32,468 bases of DNA from contig JAFTUB010000142.1 of NCBI GenBank assembly GCA_017466495.1, positions 1 to 32,468 of the forward strand, read 5' to 3'. The position numbers and the translations under genes were made by a program. The DNA is from Clostridia bacterium. Lineage in GTDB: Bacteria; Bacillota; Clostridia; Oscillospirales; CAG-272. Under the pieces are notes generated by a model. It saw nothing but the letters and a program-made list of their open reading frames with translations, ran no database searches and was not told the DNA's origin. This document shows, piece after piece, positions 24,266-31,645 of this stretch; the first letter of the stretch is position 1; the number at the start of each line of letters is the position of its first letter.

Positions 24266-25996
24266 TCAGATGCTGAAGTCGAAACGGAAGTCCGACCAGT
24301 TGGCCAGGGCATAGAGGCCGTCCTCCTCACGGCGGATCAGCGCGCCCTCCTCCACCAACTCGTTGAGCATCTCGGTGGCCATATCCACCCCCCACGGGCC
24401 GGCATTCTCGTAGTACTTGGGGCCGACATAGACGGGAGTATCCTTGCCGCGCTGTCTGACGCAGAGCGCATCATACATCCGGCGCTTGTAGATGTAGCGG
24501 ACGGCACCGCGCTTGGGTGCGCAGAGGTTGTTGTCGCGGCAGAAGGTGTTCAGCAGAATGTGGGCCACTCTCGCCTCGGGCTGACCCCAAAGGCCGATGA
24601 TGCAGTTGTACTCGGGCACCTCTGCCGGCAGGGCATCCACCAGAGCCTGCAGCTCGGCGGCATCGGCACCGGCTTCCTTGCGGGCCTTGAGGGCGGCGAA
24701 ATCCACCTTGAACCGGGCGAACTGACGGATCTGATACAGGTGAGGCACCATCAGGCGATAGAGCTGGCTGCGGGAGATGGGGAATTCCACGCCGTCGGCG
24801 GGCTCTTCCTCACCCAGCAGGGTCTCAAAATCAGCGATAACGGCATCGGCGCGGGCAAGGATGTCGGCGTAGTCGCCGTTGACCAGCTTGTAGCCCGGCT
24901 CACGCCACCAATAGTTATCCCACTTGTCGCCGCTGCGGGCATCACGGATCAGCTCCAGGGCTGCCAGCAGCTTAGCCTTGTTGGCGGGGTGAGAAGCACC
25001 CGTGATGGCCTCGGCACTGTCAGCCAGCAGGGCATCGGGATCGGCTGCGGGATCAATGAGCAGGTGGCCGGCGGCATACATGGAGAAGAAGTTGAGCAGA
25101 TGGTAGGAATCCATCTCGCTCCAGTAGGTGGGGGTCATCACCGCGTCAGCCTGGGCGCGGGTCTGATTGTACACGTCGGAGAGGACGCGGTTGTTGACAC
25201 ACATGAAGGGGAACTGGTCGATCTCATACTCGCAGGTGTACCAACCCCAGGAGCCGAGACCGCAGCCCAGGGCCTTGACGCCCTCGCGGAACTTGGCGCG
25301 CTTGCCTTCCTCACGCCAGGTGGGCAGGAAGGGGAGCTCCATGAGCATGATATCGTCCATACCCGCATCCACCAGCTCCTGAGGATAAGAAGCAGGAGAG
25401 CCCCAGGTATCCACTGCGATCTTGATATCGGGATTCTTGGCACGGAACTTATCGGCCAGCAGCTTGGTGAAGTACAGAATGCTGGGCGTATCCTTCAGGT
25501 GGCCGGGATCGAAGAAGTGGGCGATCACACGATCGGCGTAGGGCGCTAGATCAGCGTAGATGTCGTAGTATTTGTTGAAAGCAGCCAGCACGCGGGGATC
25601 CTCGCAGGCGGGTTTTTCGGGATCGGCGTTGCGGTATGCCACCGTATTGTCGTGCCAGCCGTGGCCGGAGAATTCGGCAGCCCAGCACCAAACGGTAAAC
25701 TTCATGCCGTTCTTGTGCAGCTCGTTGGCCAGCACCTTGTAGCGGTCATGGACAATTTCCCAGGAGCCGCTGGCACGCCATGCGGACACCATATCGGTCA
25801 CCTGAATACCGGTGAAGCCGCAGGCCTTCATCATTTTGACGTAAGCCGCCAGCTGACGGTCGGACAGGGATGCAAAGTCCACCAGAAGAGAGGTGGCCAT
25901 ATTGCTGATAAAGCCGCGGTTGTAGTCCACCTTCCAGGTGCACACCGTAGCCTCGCGCTCGGCAATCCAGGGATTCTGAGGGGTATAGTTCATCAT
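24266..25996 (-). CDS. uncharacterised 576-aa cytoplasmic protein (possible TIM-barrel glycosidase-like N-domain plus helical C-domain; family not recognised)
   Basis: Long ORF with host-like codon usage, ACGGAGGTTGAT ahead of ATG 25996, its own promoter and its own terminator. It has no signal peptide or TM. An alternating beta/alpha-like pattern carries acidic motifs (HFFDPGH, MLMELPF, CEYEID), which is only suggestive of a glycoside-hydrolase-like barrel. Confidence 0.6.
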   Translation of the reverse strand: MMNYTPQNPWIAEREATVCTWKVDYNRGFISNMATSLLVDFASLSDRQLAAYVKMMKACGFTGIQVTDMVSAWRASGSWEIVHDRYKVLANELHKNGMKFTVWCWAAEFSGHGWHDNTVAYRNADPEKPACEDPRVLAAFNKYYDIYADLAPYADRVIAHFFDPGHLKDTPSILYFTKLLADKFRAKNPDIKIAVDTWGSPASYPQELVDAGMDDIMLMELPFLPTWREEGKRAKFREGVKALGCGLGSWGWYTCEYEIDQFPFMCVNNRVLSDVYNQTRAQADAVMTPTYWSEMDSYHLLNFFSMYAAGHLLIDPAADPDALLADSAEAITGASHPANKAKLLAALELIRDARSGDKWDNYWWREPGYKLVNGDYADILARADAVIADFETLLGEEEPADGVEFPISRSQLYRLMVPHLYQIRQFARFKVDFAALKARKEAGADAAELQALVDALPAEVPEYNCIIGLWGQPEARVAHILLNTFCRDNNLCAPKRGAVRYIYKRRMYDALCVRQRGKDTPVYVGPKYYENAGPWGVDMATEMLNELVEEGALIRREEDGLYALANWSDFRFDFSI

Positions 25997-26032
25997 ATCA
26001 ACCTCCGTTGTGAAATGTATAACAATGTCTTT

Positions 26033-26061
26033 ATTATAACAGACTTTCTCACAAACCGCAA
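26033..26061 (-). promoter_or_regulatory. candidate extended -10 promoter of the 576-aa gene
   Basis: Reverse strand: TTGCGG (26061-26056), 17 nt, TGtTATAAT (26041-26033). Confidence 0.5.
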
Positions 26062-26092
26062 GACAAAAAGTGAAATTTTTGCAATTTTCGGT

Positions 26093-26557
26093 TTATTTTC
26101 CTGCATCCAGGGCGGAGAGCACCTCGGCGGCGTTGGTATCGGGCTTCACTTTTGGCATGACGGCGATGATTACCCCCGCCTCATCCACGATGAAGGTACT
26201 GCGGACAATGCCCCAGCTCACCTTGCCGTAAAGCTTTTTCTCCTGCCAAACACCGTAAGCCTCAATGGCGGTCCGCTCGGGATCGGAGAGCAGGATAAAG
26301 GGCAGGCTGTACTTTTCGGCAAATCGCTGATGGGAGGCGGTGCTGTCCCGGCTGATGCCGATGACCTCCGCATTTCTCTCCCGGAAAGCGGCGTATGCCC
26401 CCGCAAAAGCGCAGGCCTGGCGGGTACAGCCGGGGGTGTTGTCCTTGGGATAAAAATAGATGACCACCTTTTTGCCCCGAAAATCGGACAGGGACACCGC
26501 CCTGCCCTCCCGGTCGGTGAGGGTGAAATCGGGCGCTTTGCTTCCTACGTTAAGCAT
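26093..26557 (-). CDS. bcp: thioredoxin-dependent peroxiredoxin (Bcp/PrxQ type)
   Basis: ORF trimmed to ATG 26557, which follows AAAAGGAGAAAG; the 62 upstream codons translate a repeat element. FYPKDNTPGCTRQAC is the Bcp peroxidatic/resolving Cys motif. Length is 154 aa. Confidence 0.85.
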   Translation of the reverse strand: MLNVGSKAPDFTLTDREGRAVSLSDFRGKKVVIYFYPKDNTPGCTRQACAFAGAYAAFRERNAEVIGISRDSTASHQRFAEKYSLPFILLSDPERTAIEAYGVWQEKKLYGKVSWGIVRSTFIVDEAGVIIAVMPKVKPDTNAAEVLSALDAGK

Positions 26558-26621
26558 ATCTTTCTCCTTTTTATCGTCCAAATTTGAGATCATATCCCCA
26601 TACAGCCACCGCAACGCCAAG

Positions 26622-26761
26622 GCTCCCTCCGGGAGGGAGCTGGCACGGCAAAGCCGTGACTGAGGGAGAGTGCGCAGCCGAAGAATTTCTCTGAAGCGTA
26701 CAGTTGCGCAGGCTCCTTCCGTCTCGTGCTGCGCACTCGCCACCTCCCTCTCGGAGGGAGG
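26622..26761. repeat. compound multi-hairpin intergenic element (REP-like or structured RNA)
   Basis: Four nested or serial dyads are present. GCTCCCTCC-G-GGAGGGAGC spans 26622-26640. CACGGC-AAA-GCCGTG spans 26644-26658. GAGTGCGCAGC (26668-26678) pairs with GCTGCGCACTC (26728-26738). CCTCCCTC-TCG-GAGGGAGG spans 26743-26761. Confidence 0.5.
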
Positions 26762-26812
26762 CTTGATCAGACAAATTCCGGTGAGAGCAAAAACACATGG
26801 GTAACTTTTGAC

Positions 26813-27406
26813 TTATTGCTCCATCAACCAGGCACGGCAGGGGGCACCTTCGGCACCGCCCAGGGGAAGGGGCGCAGCATTGAGCAAATACACCCCGCAG
26901 GGCACATGGGCGGCACGGATCCCCTCCAGCAGAACCGTCCCCGCCCCCAGCAGAACCAGATGTACCGCCATGGGCGCATCCTCGGGGCCAACGGTCTGGG
27001 ACTCGTTCCCCACCAAAAGCACCCCCGCCCGGGCAAACTCCTCCGCCGCCTCAAGCGTGATCACGGTACTCCCACGGAAAAGCAGGCGGCGGGCCGCCTC
27101 GGGGTGCGCGGCAGATGCAGCGGCGAGGACGGCGCGGGCATCCTCCGCGGTGAGGTGGCCGTTGTGCTCGGCCAGGTAGGCCGGCCCCACGGTGTGGGTC
27201 AGGGGAATCTGCTCCACCGTCTGCCCCTCCCGCAGAAAATGGGCGGGGGCATCCAGGTGAGTGCCGTTGTGGGCGCACATGGAAAAGGAAATGAGGTTAT
27301 ACGGCTCCCCCTGCGCCATGTCGCAGAGAACTTTCCTTTCGGGCGCGGGATCATCCCCGAACACCGCACAGCCGAATACCTCCTGGGTAATGTCATAGAT
27401 CTTCAC
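26813..27406 (-). CDS. cyclase-family protein (kynurenine formamidase-like fold)
   Basis: 197-aa ORF with a GTG start 8 nt after AAGGAGG. HNGTHLDAPAHF matches the H-x-G-T-H-x-D-x-P-x-H metal-binding motif of the cyclase/KynB family. Confidence 0.8.
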   Translation of the reverse strand: MKIYDITQEVFGCAVFGDDPAPERKVLCDMAQGEPYNLISFSMCAHNGTHLDAPAHFLREGQTVEQIPLTHTVGPAYLAEHNGHLTAEDARAVLAAASAAHPEAARRLLFRGSTVITLEAAEEFARAGVLLVGNESQTVGPEDAPMAVHLVLLGAGTVLLEGIRAAHVPCGVYLLNAAPLPLGGAEGAPCRAWLMEQ

Positions 27407-27435
27407 GGCAAAAACCTCCTTGCGAGATTGCCTCC

Positions 27436-27464
27436 ATTATAGCACAGCGGCCGGGGCAACTCAA
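27436..27464 (-). promoter_or_regulatory. candidate extended -10 promoter of the cyclase gene
   Basis: Reverse strand: TTGAGT (27464-27459), 17 nt, TGcTATAAT (27444-27436). Confidence 0.5.
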
Positions 27465-27503
27465 GTCCCGGGAGAAAATTTCTCTTTCCCGGCCCTCTCC
27501 CTC

Positions 27504-27532
27504 TTGAAGCGGCGAAAAATCTGTGTTATACT
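27504..27532 (+). promoter_or_regulatory. candidate extended -10 promoter of the Crp/Fnr regulator gene
   Basis: TTGAAG (27504-27509), 17 nt, TGtTATACT (27524-27532). Confidence 0.5.
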
Positions 27533-27582
27533 GTAGTAAATATATCCGCCTCGGCGGACAGCAAAAGACAAAGGATGATTTG

Positions 27583-28257
27583 ATGGAAAACTGCATCTTC
27601 GCATCGCTTTACGCCAAGCATTTTCCTTTTTGGGGAGAGCTGGGCGAGGCAGACCGGGCCACACTCTGCCGCAGCACGGCGGCGGTGGCCTATCCCCGGG
27701 GCACCACCATCCACGACGGCACCGACTGCACCGGGGTCATCATCGTGCGCACCGGTTGTCTGCGGCTCTATATGCTCTCGGAGGAGGGCAAGGAAATTAC
27801 CCTCTACCGCCTGTTTCCCGGGGACATCTGTATGCTGTCGGCCTCCTGCGTCCTGCAGAGCATCACCTTTGATGTAATCGTCAGCGCCGAGGAGGACAGC
27901 GAATGCCTGGTGATCGGCGGCTGTGCCTTTGCCGAGCTCACCGAGCGGGTGCCGGCGGCAAAGATCTTTGCCCTGGAAAGTACGGTGTCCCGCTTCTCCG
28001 ACGTGATGTGGGTCATGCAGCAGATCCTGTTCATGAGCATGGACCGGCGGCTGGCCATTTTCCTCTTGGACGAGGTGTCCAAGCAGGGGGGAGATACCGT
28101 AAAATTAACACACGAGCAGATCGCCAAATACATGGGATCTGCCCGTGAGGTGGTTTCGCGTATGCTGAAATATTTCGCCGCCGAGGGCATGGTGGAGGCT
28201 TCACGTGGCGGTGTCACCCTCCTGGATAAGCCCCGCCTCCGTCGGCTGGCCGGGTGA
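27583..28257 (+). CDS. Crp/Fnr-family transcriptional regulator
   Basis: ORF trimmed to ATG 27583. The cNMP-binding-like beta-roll reads GTTIHDGTDCTGVIIVRTGCLRLYMLSEEGKEITLYRLFPGDI. The C-terminal HTH is THEQIAKYMGSAREVVSRMLKYF. Length is 224 aa. Confidence 0.8.
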   Translation: MENCIFASLYAKHFPFWGELGEADRATLCRSTAAVAYPRGTTIHDGTDCTGVIIVRTGCLRLYMLSEEGKEITLYRLFPGDICMLSASCVLQSITFDVIVSAEEDSECLVIGGCAFAELTERVPAAKIFALESTVSRFSDVMWVMQQILFMSMDRRLAIFLLDEVSKQGGDTVKLTHEQIAKYMGSAREVVSRMLKYFAAEGMVEASRGGVTLLDKPRLRRLAG

Positions 28258-28563
28258 TTATTTTACCAGGGCCAGGACCTGTGCCTTGGGCTTGGCGCCC
28301 AGGGATCGGTTGACCTCTTCGCCGTTTTTGATCACCACCAGAGTGGGGATACTCATGACGCCGAAGCGCTGGGCGAGCTCAGGCTCCTCGTCCACGTTGA
28401 CCTTTCCCACCACCAGGTCGGGATTTTCCTCAGCCACCTGATCCACAATGGGGGAGAGCATACGGCAGGGACCGCACCAGGGTGCCCAGAAGTCTACCAG
28501 GACGGTTTTCTCGGTGTTCAGGGTTTCGTCAAAATTCGATTTATTCAATGCAAGTACAGACAT
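28258..28563 (-). CDS. trxA: thioredoxin
   Basis: ORF trimmed to ATG 28563, which follows GAAAGGAAG. It carries the WCGPC active site, and at 101 aa has typical TrxA length and sequence (VLVDFWAPWCGPCRMLSPI). Confidence 0.9.
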   Translation of the reverse strand: MSVLALNKSNFDETLNTEKTVLVDFWAPWCGPCRMLSPIVDQVAEENPDLVVGKVNVDEEPELAQRFGVMSIPTLVVIKNGEEVNRSLGAKPKAQVLALVK

Positions 28564-28602
28564 GATTGACTTCCTTTCTGTGTTGTTTTTTTCTGTGACT
28601 GT

Positions 28603-28644
28603 ATTATACCACATTTTTTGCCCTTGTACAGTGATTTAGTCACA
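28603..28644 (-). promoter_or_regulatory. candidate trxA promoter (extended -10) with a GTGA-N5-TCAC dyad in place of a -35
   Basis: Reverse strand TGgTATAAT lies at 28611-28603 with no good -35. The dyad AGTGA-TTTAG-TCACA (28630-28644) is centred at 28637. That is about 41 nt upstream of the predicted start near 28596. Confidence 0.4.
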
Positions 28645-28645
28645 A

Positions 28646-28687
28646 AAAAACACGCGCCGACAAATTTTTTTGCCGGCGCGTGTTTTT
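28646..28687. terminator. bidirectional terminator-like hairpin inside a divergent promoter region
   Basis: AAAAACACGCGCCG (28646-28659) pairs with CGGCGCGTGTTTTT (28674-28687). The 9-bp GC core is flanked by A and T runs, with a 14-nt loop. Confidence 0.5.
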
Positions 28688-28789
28688 ACACTGTTTAGCC
28701 AAAAGCCACACCCCCGTCCCCTTCCCCGCGCCGATTGTGTAAAGAATGAATAAAAATGTCCCGAGAGCGTTTTTTCTTTAACGATGCCC

Positions 28790-28818
28790 TTGACTTTTTT
28801 TGCATAAAGTGATAAAAT
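28790..28818 (+). promoter_or_regulatory. candidate extended -10 promoter of the 2-oxoacid dehydrogenase operon
   Basis: TTGACT (28790-28795), 17 nt, TGaTAAAAT (28810-28818). Confidence 0.55.
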
Positions 28819-28889
28819 GCTATATGTGAGATTATGCGTATAAATATGGAAAAATAATCAAAAATGTTATACTGAAAGGAATGATTCAA

Positions 28890-30230
28890 ATGGCACTACC
28901 GATTATCATGCCGCGTCAGGGACAGAGCGTGGAAAGCTGTATCATCACAGCATGGAACAAAAAGGTCGGCGACACTGTAGAGAAGGGCGATATCCTTTTC
29001 TCCTATGAGACCGATAAATCTTCCTTCGACGAGCCTGCACCCGAGGGCGGTAAAATATTGGCGATCTTCTGCGAAGAAGGCGACGATGTTCCCTGCCTGG
29101 AGACTGTTTGTGTAATTGGCCAGGACGGGGAAGATTTTTCTGCTTTCATCCCCAAGTCCGACGCCGCTGAGGAGGCTGCTCCCGCCGCCGCTGAGGCTGC
29201 TCCTGCCGCTGCAGAGGCCGCTCCCGCCGCTGAGGCTGCCGCTCCCGTGGCTGCTGCCGAAATCACCGGCGCAATCTCCCCCAGAGCCAAGATCCTTGCT
29301 GCCAAGACCGGTGCTGACCTGCTCAAGGCTGCTCCCACCGGCCCCAACGGCCGTATCATCGAGCGCGACGTGCAGAGCCTGCTTGACCGCGGTCTGACCG
29401 TTTCCGGCGCTGCATCCGAGGGCTACACCACCGCAGTGGAAGGCTCCGGCATCAACGGCAAGGTCGTTCTCTCCGATCTCGCCCCCAAGGCTCCCGCTGC
29501 TGCCGCTCCCGCCGCTGAAGCTGCTGCTCCTGTGGCTGAATACGTTGACGAGAAGCTGCCCAACATCAGAAAGGTTATCGCCAAGTCGATGCACGCTTCC
29601 CTGTCCACCATGGCTCAGCTCACCCTCAACACTTCCTTCGATGCCACCAAGCTCATGGCCTTCCGTGCTTCCCTCAAGAACGGCGCCGAGAAGATGGGCC
29701 TGGCCAACATCACCCTCAACGATATGGTGCTCTATGCCGTATCCCGCGTCCTGCTTAACCACAGAAGCCTCAACGCCCACTACCTGGACGACACCATGCG
29801 CTTCTTCAACACCGTTAACCTCGGTATCGCCGTTGACACCGAGAGAGGTCTGCTGGTTCCCACCGTCTTCGGTGCCGAGAAGCTGACCCTCAACGGCCTG
29901 TCCCGCGCTGCCAAGTCGGTCATCACCGAGGCACAGCAGGGTACCATCAGTCCTGACAAGCTCAAGGGCGGCACCTTCACCGTCACCAACCTGGGCTCCC
30001 TGGGCATCGAGAGCTTCACTCCCGTTATCAATCCTCCTCAGACCGGTATCCTGGGCGTGGACACCATCACCCGCCGCATCAAGGAAGTCAACGGCGAGGA
30101 TGTTTCCTACCCCGCAATGGGCCTGTCCCTGACCTTCGACCACAGAGCACTTGACGGTGCTCCCGCAGCGAAATTCCTCAAGGAGCTTTGCTTCGCCCTG
30201 GAGAACTTCGACCTGCTTCTGGCGAAATAA
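28890..30230 (+). CDS. dihydrolipoamide acyltransferase, E2 component of a 2-oxoacid (pyruvate/acetoin-type) dehydrogenase complex
   Basis: Start taken at ATG 28890 (GAAAGGAA 9 nt upstream) rather than 28881. It has a single lipoyl domain (ETDKSSFD) and an Ala/Pro/Glu linker. The E3-binding domain is ISPRAKILAAKTGADLLKAAPTGPNGRIIERDV. The catalytic domain carries DHRALDG. Confidence 0.9.
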   Translation: MALPIIMPRQGQSVESCIITAWNKKVGDTVEKGDILFSYETDKSSFDEPAPEGGKILAIFCEEGDDVPCLETVCVIGQDGEDFSAFIPKSDAAEEAAPAAAEAAPAAAEAAPAAEAAAPVAAAEITGAISPRAKILAAKTGADLLKAAPTGPNGRIIERDVQSLLDRGLTVSGAASEGYTTAVEGSGINGKVVLSDLAPKAPAAAAPAAEAAAPVAEYVDEKLPNIRKVIAKSMHASLSTMAQLTLNTSFDATKLMAFRASLKNGAEKMGLANITLNDMVLYAVSRVLLNHRSLNAHYLDDTMRFFNTVNLGIAVDTERGLLVPTVFGAEKLTLNGLSRAAKSVITEAQQGTISPDKLKGGTFTVTNLGSLGIESFTPVINPPQTGILGVDTITRRIKEVNGEDVSYPAMGLSLTFDHRALDGAPAAKFLKELCFALENFDLLLAK

Positions 30231-30261
30231 GGCGAATTAAAGAGAGGAGAACATAGCTATC

Positions 30262-31620
30262 ATGTATGATCTGATTGTACTGGGCGGCGGCCCTGCCGGC
30301 TACAATGCCGCAGAGCGCGCAGGCCATGCGGGTCTGAAGACCCTGGTCATCGAAGAGAGAGCACTGGGCGGCGTTTGCCTCAACGAGGGCTGCATCCCCA
30401 CCAAGACTCTGCTCTATTCCGCAAAGATCTACGACTACGCCAAGCACGGCAAGGATTACGGTGTGACCTTCGGCTCCGCCGCCATCGACCATGCTTTCGT
30501 GGTCAACCGCAAGAACGGCGTGGTCAAGCAGCTGGTTTCCGGCGTTGGCGCAAAGCTGAAGAAGTGCGGCGTTGAGGTGGTCAAGGCTTCCGCCGTGATC
30601 AAGGAAAGAAACGCCGAGGGCTTCGTGGTTACCGCTGAGGGCAAGGACTATGTGGGTAAGCAGCTGCTGATCGCCACCGGTTCCTCCCCCGCCCTGCCTC
30701 CCATCGACGGTCTGGCTGACTCCCTCAAGGAGGGCTTCGCCCTGACCAACCGTGAGATCCTGGACATTACCGATATCCCCAAGACCATCGTGGTGGTGGG
30801 CGGCGGTGTCATCGGCCTTGAGATGGCTTCCTACTTCAACTCCGTGGGCTCCAAGGTCTACGTGGTGGAGATGATGGACCACATCGCAGGTGCTGTTGAC
30901 CGCGACATTTCCAAGCTCCTGCAGAAGGATTACGCTTCCCGCGGTGTCGAGTTCATCCTCGGCGCTAAGGTTACCTCCATCAAGAACAAGACCGTCTCCT
31001 ACGAGAAGGACGGCAAGATCACCGAGATCCCCGCTGACTATGCCCTGGTCTCCATCGGCCGCCGTGCCCGCACCGCAGGCATCGGCTGCGAGAACATCGG
31101 CCTGAAGCTGGAGCGCGGCGCCATCGTCACCGACGAGCTGGGCAAGACCAATGTTCCCGGTGTCTGGGCTGCAGGTGACGTCAACGGCAAGTCCATGCTG
31201 GCACACACCGCTTACCGCGAGGGTGAGGTCTGCATCAACAATATCCTGGGCAAGAAGGACAGAGTCAACTACAACTCCATCCCCGCCGTCATCTACACCA
31301 ACCCCGAGGTTGCCTCTGTGGGCGAAACCGAGGAGTCTGCCAAGGCTAAGGGTCTTGACGTGGATGTCAAGAGCGTAACCCTCAAGTACAGCGGCAGATA
31401 CATCGCCGAGAATGAGCACGGCTACGGCATTCTTAAGGTGATCACCGACAAGAAGCACAAGAACATTGTCGGTCTGCACATGATCGGTTCCTACGCATCC
31501 GAAATCATCTACGGCGCTGCCATGATGGTGGAGACCGAGATGCGCGTGGAAGACATCCAGAAGCTGGTATTCCCGCATCCCACCGTTTGCGAGGTTATCC
31601 GCGAGTCCATGTTTATGTAA
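30262..31620 (+). CDS. lpdA: dihydrolipoyl dehydrogenase, E3 component
   Basis: 452-aa ORF. It has the FAD motif LGGGPAGY, the redox-active disulfide CLNEGCIPTK and the C-terminal interface motif HPTVCE. GAGAGGAGAA RBS. Confidence 0.9.
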   Translation: MYDLIVLGGGPAGYNAAERAGHAGLKTLVIEERALGGVCLNEGCIPTKTLLYSAKIYDYAKHGKDYGVTFGSAAIDHAFVVNRKNGVVKQLVSGVGAKLKKCGVEVVKASAVIKERNAEGFVVTAEGKDYVGKQLLIATGSSPALPPIDGLADSLKEGFALTNREILDITDIPKTIVVVGGGVIGLEMASYFNSVGSKVYVVEMMDHIAGAVDRDISKLLQKDYASRGVEFILGAKVTSIKNKTVSYEKDGKITEIPADYALVSIGRRARTAGIGCENIGLKLERGAIVTDELGKTNVPGVWAAGDVNGKSMLAHTAYREGEVCINNILGKKDRVNYNSIPAVIYTNPEVASVGETEESAKAKGLDVDVKSVTLKYSGRYIAENEHGYGILKVITDKKHKNIVGLHMIGSYASEIIYGAAMMVETEMRVEDIQKLVFPHPTVCEVIRESMFM

Positions 31621-31645
31621 AAATTTTATAAGGAGATAAAAAACC

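Noticed and set aside
26558-26743. The 62-codon N-terminal extension of bcp (MASAQHETEGAC...LPEGALALRW...).
   Set aside because: It translates the hairpin repeat element. The bcp homology begins at MLNVGSKAPDF, which has its own strong RBS.
28700-28760. A Rex-type box (TTGTGAA-N4-TTCACAA) upstream of the dehydrogenase operon (TTGTGTAAAGAATGAATAA).
   Set aside because: Only one half-site resembles the consensus, and the second half is degenerate.
28695-28889. A 64-aa minus-strand ORF in the AT-rich region upstream of the E2 gene.
   Set aside because: It overlaps the E2 promoter and leader, has no RBS, and its composition is driven by the AT-rich promoter DNA.
29160-29545. Repetitive GCTGAGGCTGCTCC-type DNA, considered as a possible CRISPR-like or tandem repeat.
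   Set aside because: It encodes the Ala/Pro/Glu flexible linkers flanking the E3-binding domain of E2, a normal feature of these proteins. There is no spacer/repeat architecture.
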